Source of the DNA: an uncultured bacterium
GTDB lineage: Bacteria; Verrucomicrobiota; Kiritimatiellia; RFP12; UBA1067
DNA: 55,998 nucleotides
Reading direction: 5' to 3'
Assembly (NCBI GenBank): GCA_902775595.1
Contig: CACYNF010000004.1
Location: 1-55,998 of the forward strand
This document shows positions 9,466-17,176 of the stretch, in pieces; the stretch's first letter is position 1; the number at the start of each line of letters is the position of its first letter. Made by a program: the position numbers and the translations under genes. The notes beneath the pieces were generated by a model. The model made no database searches and was not told the origin of the DNA. It saw only the letters and a program-made list of their open reading frames with translations.

Positions 9466-10152
9466 GATACGCTCGCTCTGCGCGGCGGAAATCAGGCAAA
9501 GGGTGTTGGAGCGTCGTTCATTCCAGTCAGCGAGGGCGGCCTCAAACTCGGCGACATCAAGATTATTGGCTATGACACAACCGAGGGCTACGGAGACTTC
9601 GAGGTTCAGGCAAAGCAGCTTGATGGTTATGGACGTGGTGGTACAACTTACTTCTGGTGCGACTTTGAAGAAGAAGGCGATGTGTACTACGGCTGGTACG
9701 ACGAGGACATGAACGAGTACAACGATCTTGCCCTTGTTCCCGGTGAGGGCCTTTGGGTTTACTCCCCCAGCACAGATTTCCAGATTCAGAGCGCAGGAGC
9801 TGTTCCCAGCACGAGCATTGCCGTGGCGCTGCGCGGTGGCAATCAAGCCAAACTGGTTGTCAATCCCATGCCGACAACCATAACTTTGGGTGACGTCAAG
9901 GTTGATGGCTATGCCAAAGCCGACGGGTACGCCGACTTTGAGATTCAGGCGAAGCAGCTTGATGGTTATGGCCGTGGTGGTACAACATACTTCTGGAGTG
10001 ACTTCGAGGAGGAGGGTGATGTGTATTATGGCTGGTACGATGAGGACATGAATGATTATAATGATGTAGAGGTTGCCGCTGGCGATAGCCTGTGGATATA
10101 TTCTCCGAGCACTGACTACTCGGTTGTATTCCCAACGCCTCTCGCTGACTAA
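9451..10152 (+). CDS. Cassette D start-less variable 'NAVGY' protein fragment (233 aa, duplicated domain)
   Basis: SANAVGYDTLALRGGNQAK...; in-frame TAA at 9430-9432 with no ATG before the core; halves share DFExQAKQLDGYGRGGTTYFWxDFEEEGDVYYGWYDEDMN. Confidence 0.85.
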   Translation, partial: NAVGYDTLALRGGNQAKGVGASFIPVSEGGLKLGDIKIIGYDTTEGYGDFEVQAKQLDGYGRGGTTYFWCDFEEEGDVYYGWYDEDMNEYNDLALVPGEGLWVYSPSTDFQIQSAGAVPSTSIAVALRGGNQAKLVVNPMPTTITLGDVKVDGYAKADGYADFEIQAKQLDGYGRGGTTYFWSDFEEEGDVYYGWYDEDMNDYNDVEVAAGDSLWIYSPSTDYSVVFPTPLAD

Positions 10153-10217
10153 CTAAATTTGCTTCGTACACGGCATAGGGTCGTGTTGCAAAGTAAAACA
10201 AAAAAAAGGAAACAAAA

Positions 10218-10778
10218 ATGAAGAAAATAATGGTTGCAGCTGTTGCCGTCGCTTTTGCAGCGGTTGCTCATGCTGCTGCGTTCAACTGGTCGTCTTCCGG
10301 CACAAACGCCGCAAAGACATTCTACGGTCCTGATGGTGCGACTGCGCTCGCATCCGGCACGGTCGTGTACCTTCTTGACTCTGGCGTTTCCGGTAACAGC
10401 CAGGCCGACCTCGTGGCAGGTATCCGTGGCGGAAAGTCGATTACTGACTTCACGACGATCACATCCACAACGCTCGACTCCAACAGTCGTCTGACGGCCA
10501 AGGGGTTTGAGTATGGCACAGCAGGCAATGACTATAATTTCTATATGGCCATTGTCTCGGGTGATAATGTGTTCGTCTCGGCAGACAAGGGCGCGAGTGC
10601 GCAGGCCTCTGATACGGTTACGGTTGCATTCTCCGGCATAAAGACCGCCACTCAGACGCTTAAGGCTGATGGTGCGTATGCTGGTGGTGGTTGGTATGCT
10701 GCCGTTCCGGAGCCGACCTCTGGTCTTCTGATGCTTCTCGGCATCGCTGGACTTGCGCTCCGCCGCCGTCGCGCCTAA
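10218..10778 (+). CDS. PEP-CTERM surface protein (cassette D)
   Basis: MKKIMVAAVAVAFAAVAHA signal; VPEPTSGLLMLLGIAGLALRRRRA. Confidence 0.95.
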   Translation: MKKIMVAAVAVAFAAVAHAAAFNWSSSGTNAAKTFYGPDGATALASGTVVYLLDSGVSGNSQADLVAGIRGGKSITDFTTITSTTLDSNSRLTAKGFEYGTAGNDYNFYMAIVSGDNVFVSADKGASAQASDTVTVAFSGIKTATQTLKADGAYAGGGWYAAVPEPTSGLLMLLGIAGLALRRRRA

Positions 10779-10800
10779 TTCCGCAAGGGATCAACGCAGT

Positions 10801-10832
10801 AAAGCCCGTCCGTGATTGCACGGGCGGGCTTT
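10801..10832 (+). terminator. Stem-loop after PEP-CTERM gene (cassette D)
   Basis: Identical to 2799-2830. Confidence 0.75.
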
Positions 10833-10853
10833 ATCTCATGAGAGGAAGTCTGA

Positions 10854-11696
10854 ATGATTGCACCAAGAGCAACCGCAAAAACGCCACAGCGCAAACGGCC
10901 TTCAGTCATTGTCAAGGTAGCTATATGCTTGGGCGTTGTTGTTATTATCGGCATTGCGTTTCTTGTTTTCTCCAAAAACAATACTACTGAGCCTGCCAAA
11001 CTGTCGAGCAAGAAGCAGGCTCCCATTCAAAAAACGGCTCCGGATCGTTCTCTAAAGCCCTCTCACCCTGCATCAAATCCCACGCAACTCGTCAAGGATG
11101 CGGAGCTGCCTTATTGGAAGCGCGACGCGACAAACGGTCTTTCTGCGGCACAGATTCGGAAGTGGAAAGCTGAACGCCGCCCGCCACCAGGCATCACAAA
11201 CGATACCACGCGCACCGAGGCACCGCCTCAATACGCCATCTTCAACCATGTTTCCGAGAATGAAATCGCCTGTCTCCTCACCATCGAACCGGGGATGACC
11301 CTCGTGGGTGAGCCTTCTTACGGAAAGCATTTTGTCGATGACTTCATGAAGTCCTGTCAAACCCCAATTGTAGTTACGGAGGATGACACGCCTGAGCAGG
11401 CAGAACTTAAGCGATTGATGAACGAGACAAAGATCGACCTCCGCCAACGCATGGCGGATGGCGAAGACCTGGGGCAGATTCTACGTGACACCCGCCAGGA
11501 ATATGTCCGCCTCGCCGAATACAAACAGACACTGGAACACGAACTGAACGAATTGAAAAAGGACAACAGCCTCTCGATGGATGACATCGATGATTTTGTC
11601 AAAGCCGCAAACAAGCTCTTGGACGCAAAGGGAATCGCGCCCATAAAAATGACCCCAATCACACGTCGCATGCTTTTGCGCCGTCGAGGTCTTTGA
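10854..11696 (+). CDS. Cassette D gene 3: membrane-anchored hypothetical protein
   Basis: MIAPR start like B3; TM; ENEIACLLTIEPG...TPIVVTEDDTPEQAELKR. Confidence 0.85.
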   Translation: MIAPRATAKTPQRKRPSVIVKVAICLGVVVIIGIAFLVFSKNNTTEPAKLSSKKQAPIQKTAPDRSLKPSHPASNPTQLVKDAELPYWKRDATNGLSAAQIRKWKAERRPPPGITNDTTRTEAPPQYAIFNHVSENEIACLLTIEPGMTLVGEPSYGKHFVDDFMKSCQTPIVVTEDDTPEQAELKRLMNETKIDLRQRMADGEDLGQILRDTRQEYVRLAEYKQTLEHELNELKKDNSLSMDDIDDFVKAANKLLDAKGIAPIKMTPITRRMLLRRRGL

Positions 11697-11716
11697 TTTC
11701 AGAAAGGATGGAACAC

Positions 11717-12499
11717 ATGAAAACAATTATTTATGTACTTTCTCTTGTTGCCTTAATCCCAATGTCGGTCGTTGCGGCCGATATTTCAACTTCACCGGCA
11801 GATGCCGAAAAGCAAGGCGTCAAAAAGCGTGACCTGATACTTTACAAGCACAATGGAGGCGTACTGAAACGCCCAGACACGCAGAAAGGTGTCGTGTATT
11901 ACGTCAATGCGCAGAAACTGGCTCCTGTCGAGTGGCTCAAGCAGAATGCCGCCATTTTTGCGGAGAACATTAAGATAGCCATCGAGGTAAAGGATGGGGC
12001 GTTTGATTTCCCCAATCCAAAGATCCAAGGCAACGCAACTCTCTTTGTCGTCAACGACGAGTCGTTGCCCACCATCCTCCACGCTCCCGAATCTCGCTGG
12101 TGCTTGGTAAATGTGGCTCCGCTGGCAAAGGGCGCTGGAGAGAAGCCCCAGTTCTTTTCCGCCCGCGTCCAGAAGGAGCTGACACGCGCCTTTTCGCTTC
12201 TTGCGGGAACGCAGACATCAAACTACCCGAATTCACTTCTCGGCTGCGTCACAAAGCCTGAAGACCTCGACTTGTTTGCCGATTGCGTCTTGCCCGTAGA
12301 CATCATTGGACGCTTTGCGCCCTATCTCGCTGGCTACGGCGTAAAACCGTATGAGCAGTCCACATATCGCAAGGCTGTTCAGGAAGGTTGGGCACCCGCG
12401 CCTACGAACGATGTTCAGAAGGCGATCTGGGAAAAGGTTCACGCCATGCCTACGGAGCCGCTGAAGATCAAGCCCGAGACGAAAAAGCAGGAGAAGTGA
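11717..12499 (+). CDS. Cassette D gene 4: secreted hypothetical protein
   Basis: MKTIIYVLSLVAL signal; GWAPAPTNDVQKAIWEKVH tail. Confidence 0.85.
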   Translation: MKTIIYVLSLVALIPMSVVAADISTSPADAEKQGVKKRDLILYKHNGGVLKRPDTQKGVVYYVNAQKLAPVEWLKQNAAIFAENIKIAIEVKDGAFDFPNPKIQGNATLFVVNDESLPTILHAPESRWCLVNVAPLAKGAGEKPQFFSARVQKELTRAFSLLAGTQTSNYPNSLLGCVTKPEDLDLFADCVLPVDIIGRFAPYLAGYGVKPYEQSTYRKAVQEGWAPAPTNDVQKAIWEKVHAMPTEPLKIKPETKKQEK

Positions 12500-13272
12500 A
12501 ATATACCTTCGCATACAAGACCTCGGACGGCGTCAGGCATGAGGATTCACTTGATGCCGAGAGCCGCGACGAGGTCTTTGAGGTTCTTCGCGGGCGCGGC
12601 ATTAGGCCCATCAAAGTCGTAGCGGCGGACGGGTCGAAGGCGAATGGAGAGGTTCACGGCCTTCGCAAACGCGCCGTGTTCGCCCTTGTAGCCTTCGCTG
12701 CGGTTGTTGCGGGCGTTGTTGCCTACCTCGGCGGGGAGCGCACAGGGGCCGCCACAGCCGCCAATTCTGCGGCAAGTGCGCCGCGCCACCAGATATACGG
12801 TGACCCGGCGACGATGGAGGGGCTGGAACGCGGCGACTTCGCGGCGCATCTGCCGCGCACAGGCGACCAGATGCTCGCCGTCTTTGCACAGCCGGGCAAG
12901 CTTATGTGCGCCAAGGGTGCGAATCCGAGGCGCATCGACGAAAAGAGCTACGCGGCTTTCGAGGCATACACCAAGAATGAACTTGCTGCGGAGAACGACA
13001 TTGCCATCGAGCAATCCGATCTACGCGAAATCACGGAGCTGAAGCAGATCGTAAACGGGATGCGCGAGGAGATGCGAGAATACCTTGCAAATGGCAACGG
13101 CACGCCTCGCTCCTTCTGGCGGCGGCTCAACGAGCGCACCGCGCAGGAGATGCAGATATACGAGCGCACCCGACGCGAACTGGAGAAAGAGACATCTGAA
13201 GAAGTCTGGGAGCAGAAGAACGATGCCTTGCGGCGGTTGGGGCTGCGAACGATTCCCAATCCTGGAGAGTAG
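12496..13272 (+). CDS. Cassette D gene 5: GspF/PilC-N-like + TM protein
   Basis: GTG start overlapping upstream TGA; near-identical to 4548-5324. Confidence 0.8.
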   Translation: MKYTFAYKTSDGVRHEDSLDAESRDEVFEVLRGRGIRPIKVVAADGSKANGEVHGLRKRAVFALVAFAAVVAGVVAYLGGERTGAATAANSAASAPRHQIYGDPATMEGLERGDFAAHLPRTGDQMLAVFAQPGKLMCAKGANPRRIDEKSYAAFEAYTKNELAAENDIAIEQSDLREITELKQIVNGMREEMREYLANGNGTPRSFWRRLNERTAQEMQIYERTRRELEKETSEEVWEQKNDALRRLGLRTIPNPGE

Positions 13273-13275
13273 TAG

Positions 13276-14034
13276 CTACTCAAGGGATTCGAGGGTGAGC
13301 GGGCGGATGCCGAGGTTGCGGAGCTTATCGTTCTGCGACTCCCAGTAGTTGATGAGGGCGTTGCCGCTCATGGTCTCCTTTGCCCGTTCCAAATCTGCCT
13401 TTGTGCGCTCGTATGCGGCGATCTCGGCGTCTTGGCGTTCCGTCAGCCTCCTGCCATATTCGACGATGGTTCCCCCTGCTGCAATGTAGGCTCGCGCCTC
13501 GGACTTCATGCCATCGACCATCGCCTTAATCTGCCGCGCCTCAAGTCCATCGTCGGATGTGGGATTAATCTTTCGCGCAAGTGCGGACTCGATCTCCTCG
13601 ACCGTCGTGTTGCGTTGCCCTGCCTTTACACCAGGCACGGCGAAGGAGGCGAGGAAGCGCTCTCCTTCATGTTCAAACACATCGCTCCAGCCGGTAAGGA
13701 TGCCTTTCTCGACGATTGCAGCATCGCCTATTGGATAGCGGCGCGTCTGGTCTGACTGAAATGCATCCACCACCGGCGTCGGGCGGACAACGCGCAGAAA
13801 GGCCGCTGTCGCGCCCACAGCGGCGACGACCGCGACGAGGATGAACACAGCCACCACTCGCCGACGGACACCCACAGGCGCGCCGTTAGCTTTGCTGCCG
13901 TCTGCGGCGACTACCTTTATCGGGCGGATGCCCCGCTCGCGCAACACTGCAAATGCGGTATCGCGGCTCGCGGCTTCTATCGACGCCTCGTGCCGTGTTC
14001 CGTCCGACGTCTTGTAGGCGTAGGTGTATTTCAT
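13276..14034 (-). CDS. Cassette E gene 5: GspF/PilC-N-like + TM protein
   Basis: Near-identical to 5328-6086; ATG at 14034 overlaps the upstream stop. Confidence 0.8.
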   Translation of the reverse strand: MKYTYAYKTSDGTRHEASIEAASRDTAFAVLRERGIRPIKVVAADGSKANGAPVGVRRRVVAVFILVAVVAAVGATAAFLRVVRPTPVVDAFQSDQTRRYPIGDAAIVEKGILTGWSDVFEHEGERFLASFAVPGVKAGQRNTTVEEIESALARKINPTSDDGLEARQIKAMVDGMKSEARAYIAAGGTIVEYGRRLTERQDAEIAAYERTKADLERAKETMSGNALINYWESQNDKLRNLGIRPLTLESLE

Positions 14035-14798
14035 CGACCCTTCTTCGGATCGAACTCGATTTTCATGGGGGTAGCGGGCACGGCGTGAACCTTGTCCCAG
14101 ATCGCCTTTTGGTATTCGTTTGCAGGAGGCGGTGCCCATCCCTCGGCGCAGGCTCTCCTGTATGATGTGAGCTTCGCTTGTGCGATGCCCAGCTTCGCGG
14201 CGCTCTGCGACATCTCCCTGAATGGTTCAGGGCAGGGCTGCTCCATTTTGAGATTGTCGATGTCCTTTATTCCTGCGCAGGGTTTCATTACACAGGCTGG
14301 CATCTGGTTGTTTCCCCCACCCAGCATGTAGACGAGCGCCCTCCACACCTCCTTCGTTACCCGCTTGGCGAACTTCTCGGCATCAGGCGCATCCGCCTTT
14401 AGCGGGGCGACGTTCACGCTTGCCCACCCCTGCTCCGGCGCAGCGAGGATCGTCATCTTCGATGTTGCGTCGTCTTTTACCACAATGTACGCGCCAGTAT
14501 TGGCATCGGGGAGGTATTCCCGCGTCGGCTCTCCCTTGATGACCGTGGCTGAGAACCTCGGTCCTGTCGAGACGGCCTTCGCCAATGCATTGAAAATTTC
14601 GTCTGGCACTCCGCTCCGGGCATCGACAATCTTGATGCCCCTCCCCGTGGCGGGGGCTACGACGAAGCCGCCTGTCTTGCGCATGACCTCCTCGCGCATC
14701 TCGGCGGGGGTCTTTCCGTGTTTCCCGTCCGTTTTGCCTTCAGCGGCAATTGCGGCAATGCACAGTGTGGCCGCGATGCAAGCTATTATGTTCTTCAT
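14031..14798 (-). CDS. Cassette E gene 4: secreted hypothetical protein
   Basis: Signal peptide; KTGG, APEQGWASVNV, GWAPPPANEYQKAIWDKVHAVP. Confidence 0.85.
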   Translation of the reverse strand: MKNIIACIAATLCIAAIAAEGKTDGKHGKTPAEMREEVMRKTGGFVVAPATGRGIKIVDARSGVPDEIFNALAKAVSTGPRFSATVIKGEPTREYLPDANTGAYIVVKDDATSKMTILAAPEQGWASVNVAPLKADAPDAEKFAKRVTKEVWRALVYMLGGGNNQMPACVMKPCAGIKDIDNLKMEQPCPEPFREMSQSAAKLGIAQAKLTSYRRACAEGWAPPPANEYQKAIWDKVHAVPATPMKIEFDPKKGR

Positions 14799-14799
14799 G

Positions 14800-15705
14800 T
14801 CATTGTCTCCCTTGTTGGTTCCTTTTGCTCTTTATCGTTTGGAGCTTCTCCCTGATGTGCTGGCGAAGCTCGCGGTTCTCCGTTCCGGGCATCCTGATTG
14901 GCTCCGAGCCAAGTTCAATAAGTTTTTCGTTCGCCTTGTCGACGTATTCGCGGGCAAGCTCGACGTCGCCGCTTTTGTAGATGTCCAGCGCCTCATTCTG
15001 TGCCTCTATGCGGAGCGCGGCGTTCTCCCTGAGGAGCGACTGGTGCTGTGTCAGTATCTCGTAGACGGACAGCCCCTCGCTCTCCTTGATGGCCAGCACC
15101 TCCGCCCGCAGTTTAATCACGGCTTCCTTGGCGGCCCGCACTTCGGCGCTGTCGCCGTCCAGTATCTCGATCGGAGTCTCCAGGCTCTTCATGAAGTCGT
15201 GGTCGACGCTCTTCGTTATGGGCAGAGGCGGCATGTCGCGACCGGGTGGAGTTGAGGCGATCATGCCGAGAATCTGGTCGGAGCCGTTCGTGAAGATCGA
15301 CCTCCGCCTTGCGAACTTCTCCTTCCACTTGTTCAACCGGGCCTCCTCCGCAGCGGCTTCGGCATTGGCCACCTCATTGGAACTTGCGTCGGCGGCGTGA
15401 ATCAAGCGCCGAGCGGCACCGCCGGAAGATGCAGCAGCAGACTTGGGGGCTATGTCCTTCACTCGTCGCGTCTTTGGAGTGCCGAGCCTCCTGGCCTCCG
15501 CCTCATCCTGTTGCGCATGGTTGCATGAAAACAGCCACCATGCGCCACATGCCACTGCGACAACGGCAAGCGCGGCGAATGTGCCGCGCAGCCAGCCGCA
15601 CCTGGCGGACGGGGCGGGGCGACTCGTCGCGCGGCTGTCCGCCGTGCGATTCCCGTAGCCTTTGCGCGGCACATTCGCCGCGCCGCCGCTGCCGTTCCAT
15701 GCCAT
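14800..15705 (-). CDS. Cassette E gene 3: membrane-anchored hypothetical protein
   Basis: TM (TFAALAVVAVACGAWWLF); FMKSLETPIEILDGD...ANEKL domain paralogous to the other gene-3 copies. Confidence 0.85.
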   Translation of the reverse strand: MAWNGSGGAANVPRKGYGNRTADSRATSRPAPSARCGWLRGTFAALAVVAVACGAWWLFSCNHAQQDEAEARRLGTPKTRRVKDIAPKSAAASSGGAARRLIHAADASSNEVANAEAAAEEARLNKWKEKFARRRSIFTNGSDQILGMIASTPPGRDMPPLPITKSVDHDFMKSLETPIEILDGDSAEVRAAKEAVIKLRAEVLAIKESEGLSVYEILTQHQSLLRENAALRIEAQNEALDIYKSGDVELAREYVDKANEKLIELGSEPIRMPGTENRELRQHIREKLQTIKSKRNQQGRQ

Positions 15706-15724
15706 TTGTCGCTCCTCTGCATTG

Positions 15725-15754
15725 AAAAGCCCGCCCGATTTCTCGGACGGGCTT
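15725..15754 (-). terminator. Stem-loop after PEP-CTERM gene (cassette E)
   Basis: aagcccgcccga-tttc-tcggacgggctt with T-run on the minus strand. Confidence 0.7.
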
Positions 15755-15791
15755 CTCTGAATGCCGCGTTCGTCGCGGCCTTATTCCAGGA

Positions 15792-16307
15792 TTACGCCCT
15801 CTTGCGCTTCAGCGCGAGACCCGCGATGCCGAGAAGCATCAGGAGCCCGCTCGTCGGCTCAGGAACGGCAGCAAGCGTGTGCCAGTTCCCAGCTGTCGCC
15901 ATCTCACTTTTCGAGGCGAAGGTCTTTGCTGCGGGAGTAGCAGTATCTCCTACAGCAGTAGAAACTGTAGCCGCGGAGGAGACGTAATACTTGTCATCAC
16001 TGACAACTACAGCATACCACGAATAGTCTGTGCCTTCCGTTACCCACGAATCTTTTACCGTGATGTTTCCTGTCGAAGCCGTCATTGATCCGACTGATAG
16101 CGTACCTTTGGACTTGGACGCACTCTGAATGTCAGCCAAGGACATCTGCTTCGAGCTGTCATAGTCGGCAGCAAGAATCATATACACGTCAGCTCCATCG
16201 TAGGGCGAACCTGCGGCTTTAGTCGCCGTAAACGCCCAGCGGAATTGAGCAGCTTGAGAAGCGATGGCCGCCAATGCGACACACGCGACAATTACTAGTT
16301 TCTTCAT
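15792..16307 (-). CDS. PEP-CTERM surface protein (cassette E)
   Basis: MKKLVIVACVALAAIASQA signal; VPEPTSGLLMLLGIAGLALKRKRA. Confidence 0.95.
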   Translation of the reverse strand: MKKLVIVACVALAAIASQAAQFRWAFTATKAAGSPYDGADVYMILAADYDSSKQMSLADIQSASKSKGTLSVGSMTASTGNITVKDSWVTEGTDYSWYAVVVSDDKYYVSSAATVSTAVGDTATPAAKTFASKSEMATAGNWHTLAAVPEPTSGLLMLLGIAGLALKRKRA

Positions 16308-16358
16308 TTTCATTTTCCTTTGTTTTTCGCGCACGACCCTGTGCCGTACACAAAATTG

Positions 16359-17042
16359 TTACTTCGTGAATGTGATTGTCACATCCGTTCCAGCCTTGAA
16401 CCAGAAACCTGTCCCAACGGGAATTGTCGCTCCCTCGTCAGGACCACCCGCATCAAAATCAAACCAGAAGGAATCACCTTCAAAGTTGATGTAAAAGAAG
16501 TCAGAGTAGCCATCTGCCTTTGGAACGAGAATATGCGGAGCAGTTTCAACGAACGCAAAATCTTCATCAAAATCGACGCCGACTATACCCGAATATGTCA
16601 CACCAGAGACAGCGCAAGCGATGGGATATGGATTTGCAATCATGCTCCACTCGTCAGCTGTTGTTGAAACTGGTACCGAAGAATCGCTGACAACCTGGCC
16701 AGCGAAAGTAACGCTGCAATCTTCGCCTGACTGCTTGAACCAGATGCCCGTACCCGCAACAATGGGGGTTCCCTCGTCAGGGCCACCAGCATCAAAATCA
16801 AACCAGAATGTCTCTCCTTCAAAATTGATGTAAAAGTAGTCGGAGTATCCAGTCGGACTCGGAACCATGATGTGCGGAGCTGTGTCGATGAAGAGGAAGT
16901 CCTCGTCAAAGTCGACAGCACTATACTCTCCTTTGACCAGATTCGACAGAAGCGCATCGTTCCCATCGACTCCCTCGAACTGCACAGCCGTCAAGAGCCA
17001 TGCATCCTTCTTCGCCGTCACTGACGTATACCCGACAGCGTT
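16359..17042 (-). CDS. Cassette E start-less variable 'NAVGY' protein fragment (227 aa, duplicated domain)
   Basis: NAVGYTSVTAKKDAWLLTAVQF...; no ATG or signal peptide before the upstream TGA; halves share VDFDEDFxFxxTAPHI...YINFEGxxFWFDFDAGGPDEG. Confidence 0.85.
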   Translation of the reverse strand, partial: NAVGYTSVTAKKDAWLLTAVQFEGVDGNDALLSNLVKGEYSAVDFDEDFLFIDTAPHIMVPSPTGYSDYFYINFEGETFWFDFDAGGPDEGTPIVAGTGIWFKQSGEDCSVTFAGQVVSDSSVPVSTTADEWSMIANPYPIACAVSGVTYSGIVGVDFDEDFAFVETAPHILVPKADGYSDFFYINFEGDSFWFDFDAGGPDEGATIPVGTGFWFKAGTDVTITFTK

Positions 17043-17150
17043 CGTAAATGGGTAGGAGGCTGAAATACAAGCACTTTGCGTTTGCGGGATGGCAGAGATG
17101 GTGCAGTAAAGTACAGTGCAGGAAGGGGAGAATAGGGTAGAATATCAGAA
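17028..17150 (-). repeat. Putative recombination site E (core 17028-17044 + arm), directly upstream of the recombinase
   Basis: atacccgacagcgttcg; GGTGCAG at 17100 (56 bp from core); arm closely matches site A. Confidence 0.85.
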
Positions 17151-17176
17151 CGAAAATTATCAGAAAGGACAATAAG

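Larger units (their letters stand above)
12496..14108 (+). repeat. ~1.6-kb direct repeat, copy 2
   Basis: Matches 4548-6160. Confidence 0.9.

Noticed and set aside
451-17042. Internal repeats in VGY genes as DGR template/variable repeats
   Set aside because: No reverse transcriptase in the window; both halves are in-frame coding domains of one protein.
451-17042. Treating the start-less VGY genes as ordinary pseudogenes
   Set aside because: All five are truncated at the same motif and are otherwise intact, which is not random decay.
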